Shown in pieces: positions 39,956 through 53,254 of a stretch of 64,000 bases of DNA. This DNA comes from Chiloscyllium plagiosum. Taxonomy: Eukaryota. The position numbers and the translations under genes are program-made. Where the stretch lies: assembly GCF_004010195.1 (NCBI RefSeq), contig NC_057719.1, positions 2,207,773-2,271,772 of the forward strand, in the 5' to 3' direction. The notes beneath the pieces are model-generated. The model was not told the origin of the DNA, did not search any database, and was given only the letters and a program-made list of their open reading frames with translations. How positions within the stretch are numbered: position 1 is the stretch's first letter; every line of letters begins with the position of its first letter.

Positions 39956-42032
39956 GATGTCCTGCAGCTGAGATGACTGACCTCCTACAACCACACCCAT
40001 CTTCCTTTGTGCCAGGTATGTCTTCTGACCAGTGGTTGCTAATGGATGCCAGTGTTGTAACTATGCTGGAAGAGCTTGGCTAGAGGAGTGGCACATTCTG
40101 GAGCACAAGTCTTTGGTACTATTGCCGGAATGTTTACCTGGGCCCGTAGTCTTTGCAGTATTGAGTGCCTCCAGCTGTTTTATTTTGATGTCACATTAAA
40201 TGAATTGAATTGGCTACAGACTGGTCACCTCTGGAGGAAGTAGAGGTCGATTATCCACTTGGCACCTCTGGTTTCAGCCTTGGCTCTTGCATTGATATGT
40301 TGGGCTCTCCTACCATTGAGGATGGGGATATGTGTGGAGCTGCCACCTCCTGTTTATTGACTAATTGTCTGCCATCATTCACAACCAATGTGGCAAGACA
40401 GCAGAACCTAAGTCTTATCCGCTGGTTGTCGGATCGTTTAGCTGTGTCTGTCACTTGTCAGAAAGTGTGGCGCTGGAAAATCACACCAGGTCAGGCAGCA
40501 TCCTATGAGTAGGATAGCGGACGTTTCGGGCATCAGGAAAAGACACTTCTTCAGAGGAAAAGAGTTCTGAAGAAGAGCAACTAGCATCAACATTGATCTA
40601 AGAAATTAGGAAACCCTCTCCATCCAAGGTACCTTTCACATGAAACATCCTCGCTGTAAAAAGCAAGACAACGACCCAGGGAGATCTTCAGCTGGAAGAA
40701 GACAGACACTGTGTGGTTTGGAAGTTATAGAGTCATAGTACAGCATGGAAACAGACCCTTCGGTCCAACCTGTCCATGCCGACCAGATATCCCAACCCAT
40801 CTAGTCCCACCTGCCAGCACCCGGCCCATATCCCTCCAAACCCTTCCTATTCATATACCCATTTAAATGTTGCAATTGTATGTTGATATAATTTTAATTA
40901 GTGTCTTATTGAAACAACATATTATTATAGAGTTGGAGGCAGGTAGTAAGGAGCAAAGAGAAAGGGGGGCTTCGAGTTGTGAATAGTTGTTTTTTAATGT
41001 CCTTGGAAAAGCAAATGGATGATGATGGGATAGTGTAGGGGGATGGGCTTAGATTAGCTCACAGGTCGGTGCAACATCGAGGGCTGAGGGGCCTGTTCTG
41101 CGCTGTATTGTTCTATGTTTTAATGTTCACTTTTAAAATTAAAGAATAAATTTATGTTATTTTCTTTAAATAGTGGAATTTGGAAGTTCTCTGACACTCC
41201 TATTTTAACTGATGATGGAGTGAAGTGAGCTTTTCTGGGTGTTTGGTTTAATTAACAGAAGGGCTCACCACAAGTGCCTGTCATTTGCTGTTCCACTGTT
41301 TAGCGTGCAAGTAGTCCTGGGCTGTCGCTTCACCAGGTCCTTTTCACATTTGGCCGGCCCGGCTCCTTGCTTGATGCCTCCTGAATTGAGGCCAGATTAA
41401 AGGCCTTGTTAATAGAAGGTGGTATAGAGTCGCGGTATGTTGGGAGGTCAGGGCTGGGTTAACTGTTGCTGGTCCCCAGGTCGATGCGAGGTTATCTGTC
41501 CACTCTCACGCCTTTTTGAACTGCTCGTTAGTTGAAGCAGCTGAGAGGTTGCTTGGCCATTTCAGAGGAGGCTGAAGAGTAATGCACATAGCTGTGGGTC
41601 TGGAGTCACATGCAGCCTGACCAGGTAGGAACATGTGCTTCCCTTCCCTAAAGGACAGGAATCCACCGAACACGTGCTTCACAATCTGCACTGGCTTTGT
41701 GATTGCCATCTCTGAGACTAGCCTTTAACCCTATCTCCCAGACAGCAGCAGACTGGGTGTCTGAATTGCTAGTGCAGTGCTATTATCACTATCCCATACT
41801 GTCAGCCTTTAAAAAGATGTTTAATTTCCTAAGGTGATGAGGAAATTGGAATTCTTATTCTTGCTTGAATTGTATTTACCACCTCTGTGCCTTCTCCTTT
41901 AGTTAGTCTGAACTCCTACAATCTGCAAATGGAGTACGTTTCTGATTTTCACTTTAATTCTTGGCTTCTGTAGGCTACCTGTTTGAGACTGAACTTACTG
42001 TCTTGAACGCTCTGGGGCTTCCTGTTTTGCAG

Positions 42033-42146
42033 ATTTCAATGATTGCAACCCTAACCCCTGCCACAACGGTGGCCGATGTGTGGATGGAGTGAATGATTTC
42101 CACTGTGAATGTAGGAATAACTGGAAAGGAAAGACTTGCCACTCCA
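42033..42146 (+). CDS. JAG2: Jagged exon 16 (EGF12): [38 protein letters not shown]
   Basis: ttttgcAG acceptor, GTaagt donor, 114 nt. Confidence 0.95.
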
Positions 42147-42449
42147 GTAAGTAGTCAGTGCCTCCCATCAACTGCTACATCCAGGCTAATCCAGTTCCCC
42201 TTTTCAACCAGCTCCTTTGTGCTTCCACATCCAAGGATCTGGCGACTAGCTCCAGCCTGAATGTTGTTCTGCAAATGATTTATTAAATTCTATTGTTTTC
42301 TGTAGCTTCAGTCTGCTGTCTCTCGCACTTGCTCCCTGCTCAAATTGTAACTCTTGCTGATCTCTTGCTTGTCTTTCTAACCCTTCACCATGGTGAGCGT
42401 GCCTGGTGACTGCCCAGGCAACACCTTCCTCTGTGAAATAAAAACACTA

Positions 42450-42771
42450 GCTGCCTCGCAGCGCTAGAGACCCGGGTTCAATTCCCGCCTCAGGTGACTG
42501 ACTGTGTGGAGTTTGCACGTTCTCCCCGTGTCTGCGTGGGTTTTCTCTGGGTGCTCCGGTTTCCTCCCACAGTCCAAAGATGTGCAGGTCAGGTGAATTG
42601 GCCATGCTCAATTGTCCGTAGTGTTAGGTAAGGGGTAAATGTAGGGGTAGGGGTGGGTTACGCTTCGGCGGGTCGGTGTGGACTTGTGGGGCCGAAGGGC
42701 CTGTTTCCACACTGTAAAGTAATCTAATCTAATCTAAAGTAATCTAATCTAATCTAAAGTAATCTAATCTA
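42450..42771 (+). mobile_element. HE1 SINE inserted into the head of a Penelope-like palindrome (which continues 42772-42975)
   Basis: SINE body with compound tail; flanks rejoin as AAATAAAAACACTA|AATGCTGGAGAA. Confidence 0.8.
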
Positions 42772-43327
42772 AATGCTGGAGAACTACAGCAGTGTCTGTT
42801 GAGAGAGAGAGACACAGTTAACTTTTCAGTGTGGATAAAACTCTTTTTCAGAAGAAGTGTCTTTGGACTCGAAACATTAACTCTGTTTCTCCCTCCCTGA
42901 GCTAGTGCCAGACTTGCTGAGTTTCTGCAGCAATTTGTATTTTTTATTTCCGCTTTCTGGTGTCCGCAGTATATTGCTGTTGTTCCCTGTACAAGCGTCA
43001 TCATCTATATTCGTTTTTCTTTCTCTGAGATACTCCATGAAACCCATCTCTTGGGCTGTGTGTTTGTTCATATGACCTCTTACATGGCTTAATGTCTTGT
43101 TATGTTTGTTATACTCTTTGTGCTGGGAATTCTTAACATATTAAACATGATTTATAATTACAAGCTCTTGGACCATCCTTAAAAACAGGAGCAGGAGTAG
43201 GCCATTCAGCCCATCGAGTCATCTCTGCCATTTCAAAAGCAAATTACTGATCCGGAATTTGGATCCTGCTTTACTGCCTGATCTTACTGGATTTAGCCAG
43301 TCGATGTTCTTTCTGTCCCCTCCATAG

Positions 43328-43441
43328 GAGAGAACCAATGCGATGAAAATACCTGCAGTAATGGTGGCACGTGCCATGACGTGGGAGATACCTTTCGATG
43401 TGCGTGTGCTCCCGAGTGGAGTGGGAGTACCTGTAATCTTG
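43328..43441 (+). CDS. JAG2: Jagged exon 17 (EGF13): [38 protein letters not shown]
   Basis: ccatAG acceptor, GTgagt donor, 114 nt. Confidence 0.95.
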
Positions 43442-43520
43442 GTGAGTTTATCTTCCTTCTGGCACGCACTGTTTTCATAGAGAAGCTTCTAAAGTAACTT
43501 CTCAAAGAACAAAGAACAGG

Positions 43521-43698
43521 ACGGATAGTTCTTCTATAACACGATAGTTGCGTTCTTGTGCAATCTTGTGTTGGAGTAAATTTGCGCTTTAGAAACAGCG
43601 CTTAAATTGTTGATGTTTTAAAATTTTGTGCTTTAGAGACAATTGCATTATAGCGAATTTGCATTAATGAAACGTGCATTATAGCAGAACAACCTGTA
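43521..43698. mobile_element. Short Tc1/pogo-like MITE; related copy ~44535-44745
   Basis: Imperfect terminal inverted repeats (GATAGTTCTTCTATAA ... TTATAGCAGAACAACCTG-TA) interrupting a LINE tail. Confidence 0.5.
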
Positions 43699-44082
43699 CA
43701 GCACAGGAACAGACCCTTGGGCACACCAAGCCTACGCTGATTTCTAATCTTTATTTGGATGCGCTATTTATTATCTTTATGGGGTTCCTATCTCTCTGTT
43801 TGCCTCCCGTTCATGTATCTATCAAGATATACCTTAAATGTTGCTACTTCCACCCCCTCCAGGTGTGGTGCGTTCCAGGCACCCACCACTCTGTGTGAAA
43901 CATTTTCTCCTCACCTCTCCCCGAAACATTTACCCTCTCACCTTTAACCTATGCCCTCTTGTAATTGACCATTCCAACCTTTCCTCGTAACTGAAACCCT
44001 CCTGCTCTGCACTCTCTCCAAAAGATTCACATTCTTCTGGTAGTGTGGCATCCAGAGCTGCACGCAATATTCCAGATGTGAG

Positions 44083-44364
44083 ATTAGATTAGATTCCCTT
44101 CAGCCCAGCAAGTCCACACCGACCTTCCTGAGAGTAACCCACCCAGACCCATTTCCCTCTGACTAATGCACTGAACACGATGGGCAATTTAGCCTGGCCA
44201 ATTCACCTGACCTGCGCATCATTGGACTGTGGGAGGAAACCGGAGCACCCAAACACGGGGAGAATGTGCAAACTCCACATAGAGAGTTGCCTGAGTCTGG
44301 AATTGAACCCGTGACCCTGGTGCTGTGAGGCAGCAGTGCTAACCACTGAATGATCGTGCTGCCC
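44083..44364 (-). mobile_element. HE1/V-type SINE
   Basis: Body and tail on the reverse strand. Confidence 0.8.
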
Positions 44365-44917
44365 ACAACATTCTATACAGATGTAACATAACTTGCCAAC
44401 ATCCCTGTTCCCAAGTCCTTGGATAAAATGTTCTAATATCCTTAGGTGAGCCCTTTAGTCAGTGCCCAGAGGAAGTGTTTTCTGACAGTGCAGCGTTTCC
44501 CGTGAGCCTTGAGATGGCTTGTTCTACTTTACTGTGACAGTTGTGTTCCTCTGTGACCTTGTGCTATAGAAAATCCTGCTATGGAAAACCATTACCGAAA
44601 ATTATACTGTTGAAGATCGCTGTTGAAAATCGGTATACCCCTTTAGTAGAAAGCTCACATTATGCGAACAACATCCACGTTTTATTAATTGTGTTATACA
44701 CAATTTGTGCTGATGGAATGCACATTATAGCAGAGCAACCTGTACACTCCTCCTGAGGGATTTCTGACAGAGCCAAGCTCAGGGAAGTGTGTGTGTGTTT
44801 TTTTTTGAGTATTGGTTGCTGAAATTTGCTCATGAAGGAAACCTAGCCCGGTACCTGATTGGAACCCGGTTAAAACTCGCACTGTTTTCCAATGATAGAT
44901 GGAAAGAGTTGATCTTG

Positions 44918-45417
44918 NNNNNNNNNNNNNNNNNNNNNNNNNNNNNNNNNNNNNNNNNNNNNNNNNNNNNNNNNNNNNNNNNNNNNNNNNNNNNNNNNNN
45001 NNNNNNNNNNNNNNNNNNNNNNNNNNNNNNNNNNNNNNNNNNNNNNNNNNNNNNNNNNNNNNNNNNNNNNNNNNNNNNNNNNNNNNNNNNNNNNNNNNNN
45101 NNNNNNNNNNNNNNNNNNNNNNNNNNNNNNNNNNNNNNNNNNNNNNNNNNNNNNNNNNNNNNNNNNNNNNNNNNNNNNNNNNNNNNNNNNNNNNNNNNNN
45201 NNNNNNNNNNNNNNNNNNNNNNNNNNNNNNNNNNNNNNNNNNNNNNNNNNNNNNNNNNNNNNNNNNNNNNNNNNNNNNNNNNNNNNNNNNNNNNNNNNNN
45301 NNNNNNNNNNNNNNNNNNNNNNNNNNNNNNNNNNNNNNNNNNNNNNNNNNNNNNNNNNNNNNNNNNNNNNNNNNNNNNNNNNNNNNNNNNNNNNNNNNNN
45401 NNNNNNNNNNNNNNNNN
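44918..45417. other. Assembly gap (500 N); other gaps at 11342-11893 and 51884-52089
   Basis: Runs of N. Confidence 1.
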
Positions 45418-45735
45418 CCAGAGTAGGGGAGTCCAGAACTAGAGGGCATAGGTTTAGAGTGAGAGGGGAAAGATTTAAAAGGGACCTCAGGGGAAACGTT
45501 TTCACGCACAGGGTCGTACTTGTATGGAATGAGCTACTAGAAGAGGTGGTGGAGGCTGGTACAATAACAACATTTAAAAGGCATCTGGATGGGTATATGA
45601 ATAGGAAGGGTTTGGAGGGTTATGTCCAAATGCTGGGAAATGGACCTAGATTAGTTTTAGGATATCTGGTCAGCATGGACAAGTTGAACCAAAGGCTTTG
45701 TTTCCACGCTGTATAACTTCTGACTGTATGACTGT
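45418..45735 (+). mobile_element. CR1/HER1-type LINE 3' end
   Basis: RGERFKRDLRGNVFTHRVV.VWNEL; LINE tail. Confidence 0.85.
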
Positions 45736-46475
45736 GACACTCCCTTGGTACAGCATGTTGACACAGTGTGTTGGCATGACTGATTCTTCTCAGGCCTGAG
45801 TGGCTTGGCACTTGAGCACTCTGGATCAGTGGTGCTGGAAGAGCACAGCAATTCAGGCAGCATCCGACGAGCAGCAAAATCGACGTTTCGGGCAAAAGCC
45901 CTTCATCAGGCACTTGAGCACTCTGTCCAATCCTTGAATGTGTTCCTTGATTCTGACCTCAGAGGAGCATTGGTGACTGGTGACTGACACTGGAGGGTGG
46001 GTGTGTCGGGGGGAGGGGTGTGGTGGGGAGGTGGTTTGCATCCACCTGAAAAGATGGGTGTGCCCTCAATGTCACAATGGAGGCACCAATCTACATGTGC
46101 CACATTTGGCTTTGATTTAGAGTTTGCAGGGACTTGGGTGGCTGGGAGCCGGTGATGGAGAGTTTATCCTCCTCACTGTGACCGACTGAGTGCCCACAGC
46201 CCCTTCTATGGTAAAGCAGGTTCCTTTTACAAACAAACACAGAAAATGCTGGAGGAATTCAGCAGATCTGGCAGCATCTGTGAAATGAAAAGAGAGTTTG
46301 CGTTTTGAGTTCTTCAGAAGGATTACTAGGCTAAAAATGTGAACTGAGTTTCTTTCTGCTCAGATGCTACCAGACCTGCTGAGATTCTCCAGCATTTTTT
46401 GTTTTTGTTTGCGTAAAGTTTCCAGCATCCGCCTTCTTCGTTTTATTTAAATCTTCCTTTTGTTTTGTTCCGCAG

Positions 46476-46503
46476 ATAAGAATGACTGCAACCCTCACCC
46501 ATG
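46476..46503 (+). CDS. JAG2: Jagged micro-exon 19 (start of EGF15): xKNDCNPHPC
   Basis: long pyrimidine tract then ccgcAG, GTaagt donor, 28 nt; TG+C forms the Cys codon with the next exon. Confidence 0.92.
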
Positions 46504-48316
46504 GTAAGTGATATTGGCGGCGGGGTTACCTTTATTACCAATATTAAATGAGTACTTGGTCTGTGCCACTTCCAGAGGACTGGCAAGCTTTGAATCCACC
46601 TCCATCACCTTGGCAGTAAAATTGTGATCTTTCTGCACAGAAGAACACCATTCAGTGCATCATGTCTGTACTGGCCCTTGAAAGATCCAGTTGGTCCCAC
46701 TGTTGCTATTCCCCTCGAGCTCTGTTTTAAATTTCCCCTTTTTAAATATTTATTCACCTTCTTTAACAAGTTCCTATTGAGGCTGCTTCCACTGCCCTTT
46801 TCAGGTGATACGTCCCTGGTTATCTTAATTTGCCTCACCAACTAATGAACTTCCTTAATCTTTTCTTGTGGTTAATTCGCCAGCTTCCTTAAACCTCTGC
46901 CCACTAATTACTGACCCTCCTGCAAATTAGAATGCTTCCTGATTATTTACACCTCTAACCTCTTCCTAAATCTCGCCCTTATCTTCTTTGCTCTAAGGAA
47001 AGCAAATCCAGCCTCTCCACATAACTTAAAGCCCTCTTTGCTGGTCCAATTCTAGTCAATTTCCTCTGTACCCTCTTCCAAGTTATCAATGATATAACTG
47101 CTCTATAAGAGTCAAACATTGCAATAGTATGGGACAGTGAGTGTGAGAGAGTCACTGTGTGTCAGTGAGTGTGCGTGTGTGCATTAGCGTGATTGGCAAT
47201 TTTTCAGGATGCAACGTCAGTCAAAGTGGCAACTTAAAGAAAGGTTAACATGCCCGAGGGACTGACTAACTTAGCAGAACACCACTAATAAGGGCTGGCC
47301 CAGCCAGCAAAACCCATGTTCCATGAAGAAATTTCAAAACAGAATCTGAAAGAATTGTTATAATGTGGGGATTATGATGACCAGTTTACATGTGGAGGCA
47401 TCCCCACACACACTCGCACTCACACACACACTCACACACAATGACACTCTCTCTCACGCATGTCTCACGCACTCTCACTCACTCGCGCACATTCACACTC
47501 TCTCACTCACTCTCTCTATCACTGTCTCTCTCTCACACACACACACATTCCTTAAAGTTCTCACAGACACACAGATTCTCTCGCATTCAGAGACACACAC
47601 ACAATCTGTAGAATGCATCATAAAAACTAAGTTCTAGCGACTAAACGCAACATCTGTGAATATAGAAAACAATTCATCTTTCGAGTCCAGGATGACTCCA
47701 TTTGGATCATTTCTAAATGTTTCAAATGACTGTTGGCAGCTCCAGTGGCCCAGTTCTCCCTCTGTGCTGATATCCCAACTCCATGGAGTGACCCTGGAAC
47801 TCAGACTTGGATGACAGTGCTACTCAGCGAAACACAACTGACATAGTATTGTGAAAACGCTCTTCCCTTGCTTGAGAAAATGAGAGGGACTATGAATTTA
47901 AATCTTAACCATTATCAAAAGCTTCCTTCATCTCCACATCATACACATGCTTTTTTTAACCAGTCTGCATATTAGTGAAGTCAGGGAGAATTTGAGGACA
48001 GTGTAAGTCAGCTGTTGTTACAATAGATAAAAAGAGAGAGTCTTGCTATAATCTAATTAAAAAATAAATGTGCAGCATGTAATCGCATTTGTACCAGATT
48101 TGTTGCAAATCTGTCAATCTTGCTCTTGAACTGGATGAATGACAAACTTAAACAGGAGTTGCTGGAGAAACAGAGTTCATACTTAGGGTCCAGTGACCCT
48201 TCAGAATTGGAAAATGATAAACCTGTTCCCAACTAAGTCCCGTGAAGCAAAAGTGAACGACTGCGGCTGCAAGGGGTGGTCTGCATTATCCGTGACACAG
48301 GACATAACAAAGCCAT

Positions 48317-48360
48317 ACTAGTTCTGAAGAAGGGTCACTGGACCTGAAACATTAACTAGT
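48317..48360 (+). ncRNA. Minimal hammerhead ribozyme-like motif (Penelope variant B)
   Basis: Stem I ACTAGTT/AACTAGT; core CTGAAGA; extra A; stem II GGGTC-ACTG-GACCT; GAAA-C-ATT. Confidence 0.6.
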
Positions 48361-48624
48361 TTCTCTCTCTCCAGATGCTGCCAGACCTGCTGAGTTTCTC
48401 CAGCAATTTCTGTTTTACTTCACACTCCAGTATTTAAGATTGGATGGGGGTGGGTTAAGTTGGTGATGACAAAGGTTATTATTGGAAATCCCATGTAGGT
48501 AGTGGATTGAAAGTGTAATAGCAGGGGTTCCGGAACCTTCCATTCTCTCATTGTCATCCCAGTGCTAGAAATGCCTTCTGTTAATGGTAATTGAAATTTG
48601 CATTTGAATGGTTATTGGTTTTGA

Positions 48625-48855
<231 letters not shown>

Positions 48856-51800
48856 TAACTAACACATAGAACAGGGAGAGTTCAGGGCTTGTGCCGTTGT
48901 GACCCAACACCCATTTTGTTCCAGTCCGTCTCTGACCTCTTGACATATTCAGCTGAGTGAAGGCCACTTGTACCTTGTATAATGCAACACCAGCTGGTTG
49001 AATTCTTCATTCGGAGTGAAAAGCCCCTTTGCCACCTCTGGAAGAATTGGAACCTTTTATCCCCTAACTCTCCCCGCTCTCATTATCCTCTTTCATCCCA
49101 AAGAAACTCTCAGGAATCTTTGTCTTTAAAATAAAAACATTCTTTTTCTTAATCACCTTTTGTACTAACTAAATTATACTTTATAGCATTTCGACTGTGT
49201 CAAATGTTCTTTCTATGAAATTCTTTGGGATGCTTTATAACATAAAACCTGATATATTAATGTCGTCCAGCTCATGAAGCAAATAATTGATACATTTGAT
49301 TTTTTTGCTGTAATCCTATGTGTTGGTAATACCTCCCACTTTTTACTTCAGTCCCTTTTTTATAAGTGATGCCCAATTGCATTGCCACTTTAAATGATTT
49401 GTCTTTGAAAAATCTTGCATTTCTGTGGCACCTTTCATGACCTTGGGACATTCGACAGTGTGTCATTTTGAAATGCGGTCAGTGCTGTAGTGGAGGACAT
49501 ATGGCCATCAGTTTGACTCCTGTGAGCTCTCACACACAGGGTTATCACGGCCAGGGAGTGGGCTTTCTTTTCTGAGGAAGGCTCATTCGACCTGAAACGT
49601 TACCTCTGATTTCTCTCCACAGATGCTGCCAGACCTGCTGAGCTTTTCCTACAATTTAACCTTTTGTCTCTGATTTACACCATCTGCAGTTCTTTCGAGT
49701 TTCAGTGATGGTTGAAATATGTTACATACATTGGGCTGGACATGGAGTTGAACTGTGCTGCTTGTCATGTTGCAGGATCTCTTGATTCTACTTGAAGGGC
49801 CACTTTGGGTTTTTGTTAACATTGGAGACAAAAGCTCAGCACTGCACTGGGAGTCTGCATTGTGTTCCCATTTCTGCCATGGATTTGAACTTGCTATCTT
49901 TGGACTGGGAAAGGGGAGTGTTACCTACAGGGAGCCAAGGCTGATGCACTCTGGGAGTATTCTGGAATCGTATCAAGTTGACTGCTCTTTGCATTGAGAT
50001 CTTCTGGCACACAGCATTGTACATCTTCAAAACACGAGTGTGCTGGAGACATCTCTCTCTCTCTCTCTCTCTCTTTCTCTGCCCCCTTCCCCTTCCCTCT
50101 CTCCCTCTCTGCCCCCTTGGAAAAGCAGATGGGTCTTATAGAAATGGCTTTATTATTGCTCCTTGATTTTATCAAGGCCATCATGTGACCCCCAGTAATG
50201 TGGACAGCTCTTAACTGCCCTCTAGACCACTGGGGATGGGTCACACAAATGAGCCTAGTCTGTGACACCCACAGCCCGTGAAAGTATTAAGAAAATGTCT
50301 GAACTGTTCAGGTTCTGGTCAATGTGCAGATCCTGAGCTTTACCGAACTCCTGAAGCCCAGGCTCCTCGATGCTGCACTCGGTCAATTGCAGTTTTGATG
50401 TCGAGGATGTCAGCAGCAAGATGTCCCTCAAATTGACCCTCTGTAGGGGGATAGGTCATGGATAAATCAGCTCAAGATGGAGTCATGGAACCACTGAGCT
50501 TTACAGCATTGAGACTCTTCAGCCCACCATGTCCATGCTGTTCATAAAGGCACATATTAACTTTATTCCTGATACTTGGCACTTGGTCTGCAGCTTTGTA
50601 CATGATGGTGTTTCAGGAGTTTGACTAAATCCCATGTAAATGTCTTGAGGGTTCCCACCTTTACCACAACCGTGAGCTCCAGCTACAAGCACCCTCTGGG
50701 TGAGAAAACCTTCTCTCTATGTCCCCTCTAACCTTCTGCCCCAGTAATTGACCCCTCTACCATGGAGAAAGGTTTACTTGTATTGACCCTAGAACATAGT
50801 ACATTGCAGCACAGTACAGACCCTTTGGCCCTCGATATTGCGCCAACCTATGGAACCAATCTGAAGCCTATCTAACCTGCACCATTTCATTTTTGTCCAT
50901 ATGTCTATCCAATGACTAATTAAATTCCTGTAAAGTTGGTCTATTATTACCCCGTATCATTTCGTACATCTCCACTAAATCCCTTGCCTCGGCCCTCACT
51001 GCTCCAAGGAAAACAACTCCATCCTATCCAGTCCTACCTGTTGGACTATAACCTGGTGTTGTGTGATTTTAACTTTGTACCCCTCAGTCCAACACCGGCA
51101 CCTCCAAATCATGACCATCCTATCCAGTCTGCATAGCAGGATAGTTCCAGCTCAGTCCACATCCCGGCGAATGCCCTCTGCACTCCCTCTTTAACACAGT
51201 CACAGTGTGGTTATAGTACAGTGAGTGGCTCCAACTGTGGTCAAACTGATGTTACATCTACCTCCATCCGAACCTCCCTGCTTCTGTTTTCAATGCCTTC
51301 ACTAAATGACAGCAAATGGGATGCTTGGGCCTTGGAAGCTAATCCTGGTCAGTTCAGAGGGAGATAGTTAATGTCTGAGGGTTTCAGCAGTCCAGCACAG
51401 GAAGCAGGATGTTACAGAGGAGGGGCTCAGCGGTTTTAGTGGGAGTCCTGCCTGGCGAGAGAATCCCGAGGCAAGTCCAAGTTACAGCAGGTGAATTTGA
51501 AGGCAGTTAGCCCCAAGAAGCTAAAGTGAAATGAGATTAAAACCTTTTACATTTGATGAATATTTTAAACTGTGTCCAATATTTAAATTTTGGGGCAGAA
51601 CTGGATATCACAGGAGCTGCAGAAAGATGTGGACTATGGGTTTGGGTAAAGTTGATGGTTGGAAGGTTTTTTTTATATTTACTTCCTTCTGCACTCTTCA
51701 TCTACTTAAAAAAAAACCCTCTTGCTCCTTTAGTCTATGAAATCTCTCTCCCTTCCTTTCCTCCCCTCTCTGGCTCTCCCCCTCTCTCTCCCTCTTTCCT

Positions 51801-52533
51801 CAACCTCCCCTCCCTACCCCTCTTCCTCCTCTGTCCATGTCACCCCTCCCCCCCATGCCCCCTCTCTTTCCCTTGCTGCCTCTNNNNNNNNNNNNNNNNN
51901 NNNNNNNNNNNNNNNNNNNNNNNNNNNNNNNNNNNNNNNNNNNNNNNNNNNNNNNNNNNNNNNNNNNNNNNNNNNNNNNNNNNNNNNNNNNNNNNNNNNN
52001 NNNNNNNNNNNNNNNNNNNNNNNNNNNNNNNNNNNNNNNNNNNNNNNNNNNNNNNNNNNNNNNNNNNNNNNNNNNNNNNNNNNNNNNNNTCTCTCTCCCC
52101 TCTCTGTGTATGTCTCTCTCTCTCTTTCTCTCTCTCTCCCCCCTCCCCCCCCTCTCTCTCTCTCTCCCGCCTCTCTCTCTCTCTCTGTCCTGTTTGCTCT
52201 GGCTCAGTAGCAGCTCTGTATCTGGGTGAGGGTGAGGGAGGGGAATGGGAGTTTGCCTCCTGTGTTTTTTAGTTACTGGCAGTTTCTGAAAGCACAGCTG
52301 TGAGCACAGTGAACACAAGGCTCTGAATGAGGCTCGGGAAAATAAAAGCCTCTTACAGAGCTGCCTCTGAATGGCTGCTTTAACTTGATTGTTTACTGTG
52401 AAACTAATGATGTGACTGAAGAGGCCAGGGCTAGCTTTTTGCAATTAGGCTGAGCAGGAAGCACGTGGTCTCATCAGCATTTTTAGTGTCCCTCATCTCT
52501 TTGTTAATGCATGTGTTTTATTCTCTCTCAAAG

Positions 52534-52647
52534 ACATCGATGAATGTCAGACGTCCCCTTGTGCTTATGGAGCCACTTGTGTGGATGAGATTAATGGGTA
52601 CAGGTGCATCTGCCCTCCTGGAAGAGCAGGTCACAGATGCCAAGAAG
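52534..52647 (+). CDS. JAG2: Jagged exon 21 (EGF16): [38 protein letters not shown]
   Basis: ctctcaaAG acceptor, GTacgt donor, 114 nt. Confidence 0.95.
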
Positions 52648-53254
52648 GTACGTGTTTTCAACAAATGATCATTCCTTGTCTGACTTGACAGCACTCTATG
52701 GAGGAGACGGTGTGGGAGTTTTGCTCCTTGCCCTGTAGACCTCTATCGCAGCAGCAGTCGATGAAGAGGAGAATATGGGGTGCAGGGTGGGTGGGGAGAA
52801 ATGGGATTGCCTGAGGACATGGTCAGAAGCTTGACACTGAGCTGGTCAGACCCTCGTGGCTCAGTCCTGTAGATGTGACCGTGAGCTGCCCAGATTGTCT
52901 CTTGGCATCTTGATGTCTGGGAAGAACACAAGGCACAAGCTTTGTGTTCAGCTGCAGAATTATAGAGATGTCCAGCACAGAAACAGGCCCTTAGCTCCAA
53001 TTTGTCTGTGCCAGCCAATCTGACCTCATCGTATTCACCAGCACTTGGCCCATATCTATAGCCCCTTCCGATTCATATACCCATCCAGATGCCTTTTAAA
53101 TGTTGTAATTGTACCAGCCTCCACCACTTCCTCTGGCAGCTCATTCCATACACGCACCACCCTCTGTGTGAAAAAGTTACCCCTCAGGTCCCTTTTAAAT
53201 CTTTAAACCTTTGCCCTGTGCGCAGTAGGTTTGGATTCCTGTACCCCGGGGAAA

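Noticed and set aside
33867..43330. Alternative tandem acceptors (CAGAG at 33866-33870, TAGGAG at 43325-43330)
   Set aside because: The first would shift the frame and the second uses a disfavoured GAG; the proximal sites give the expected exon lengths.
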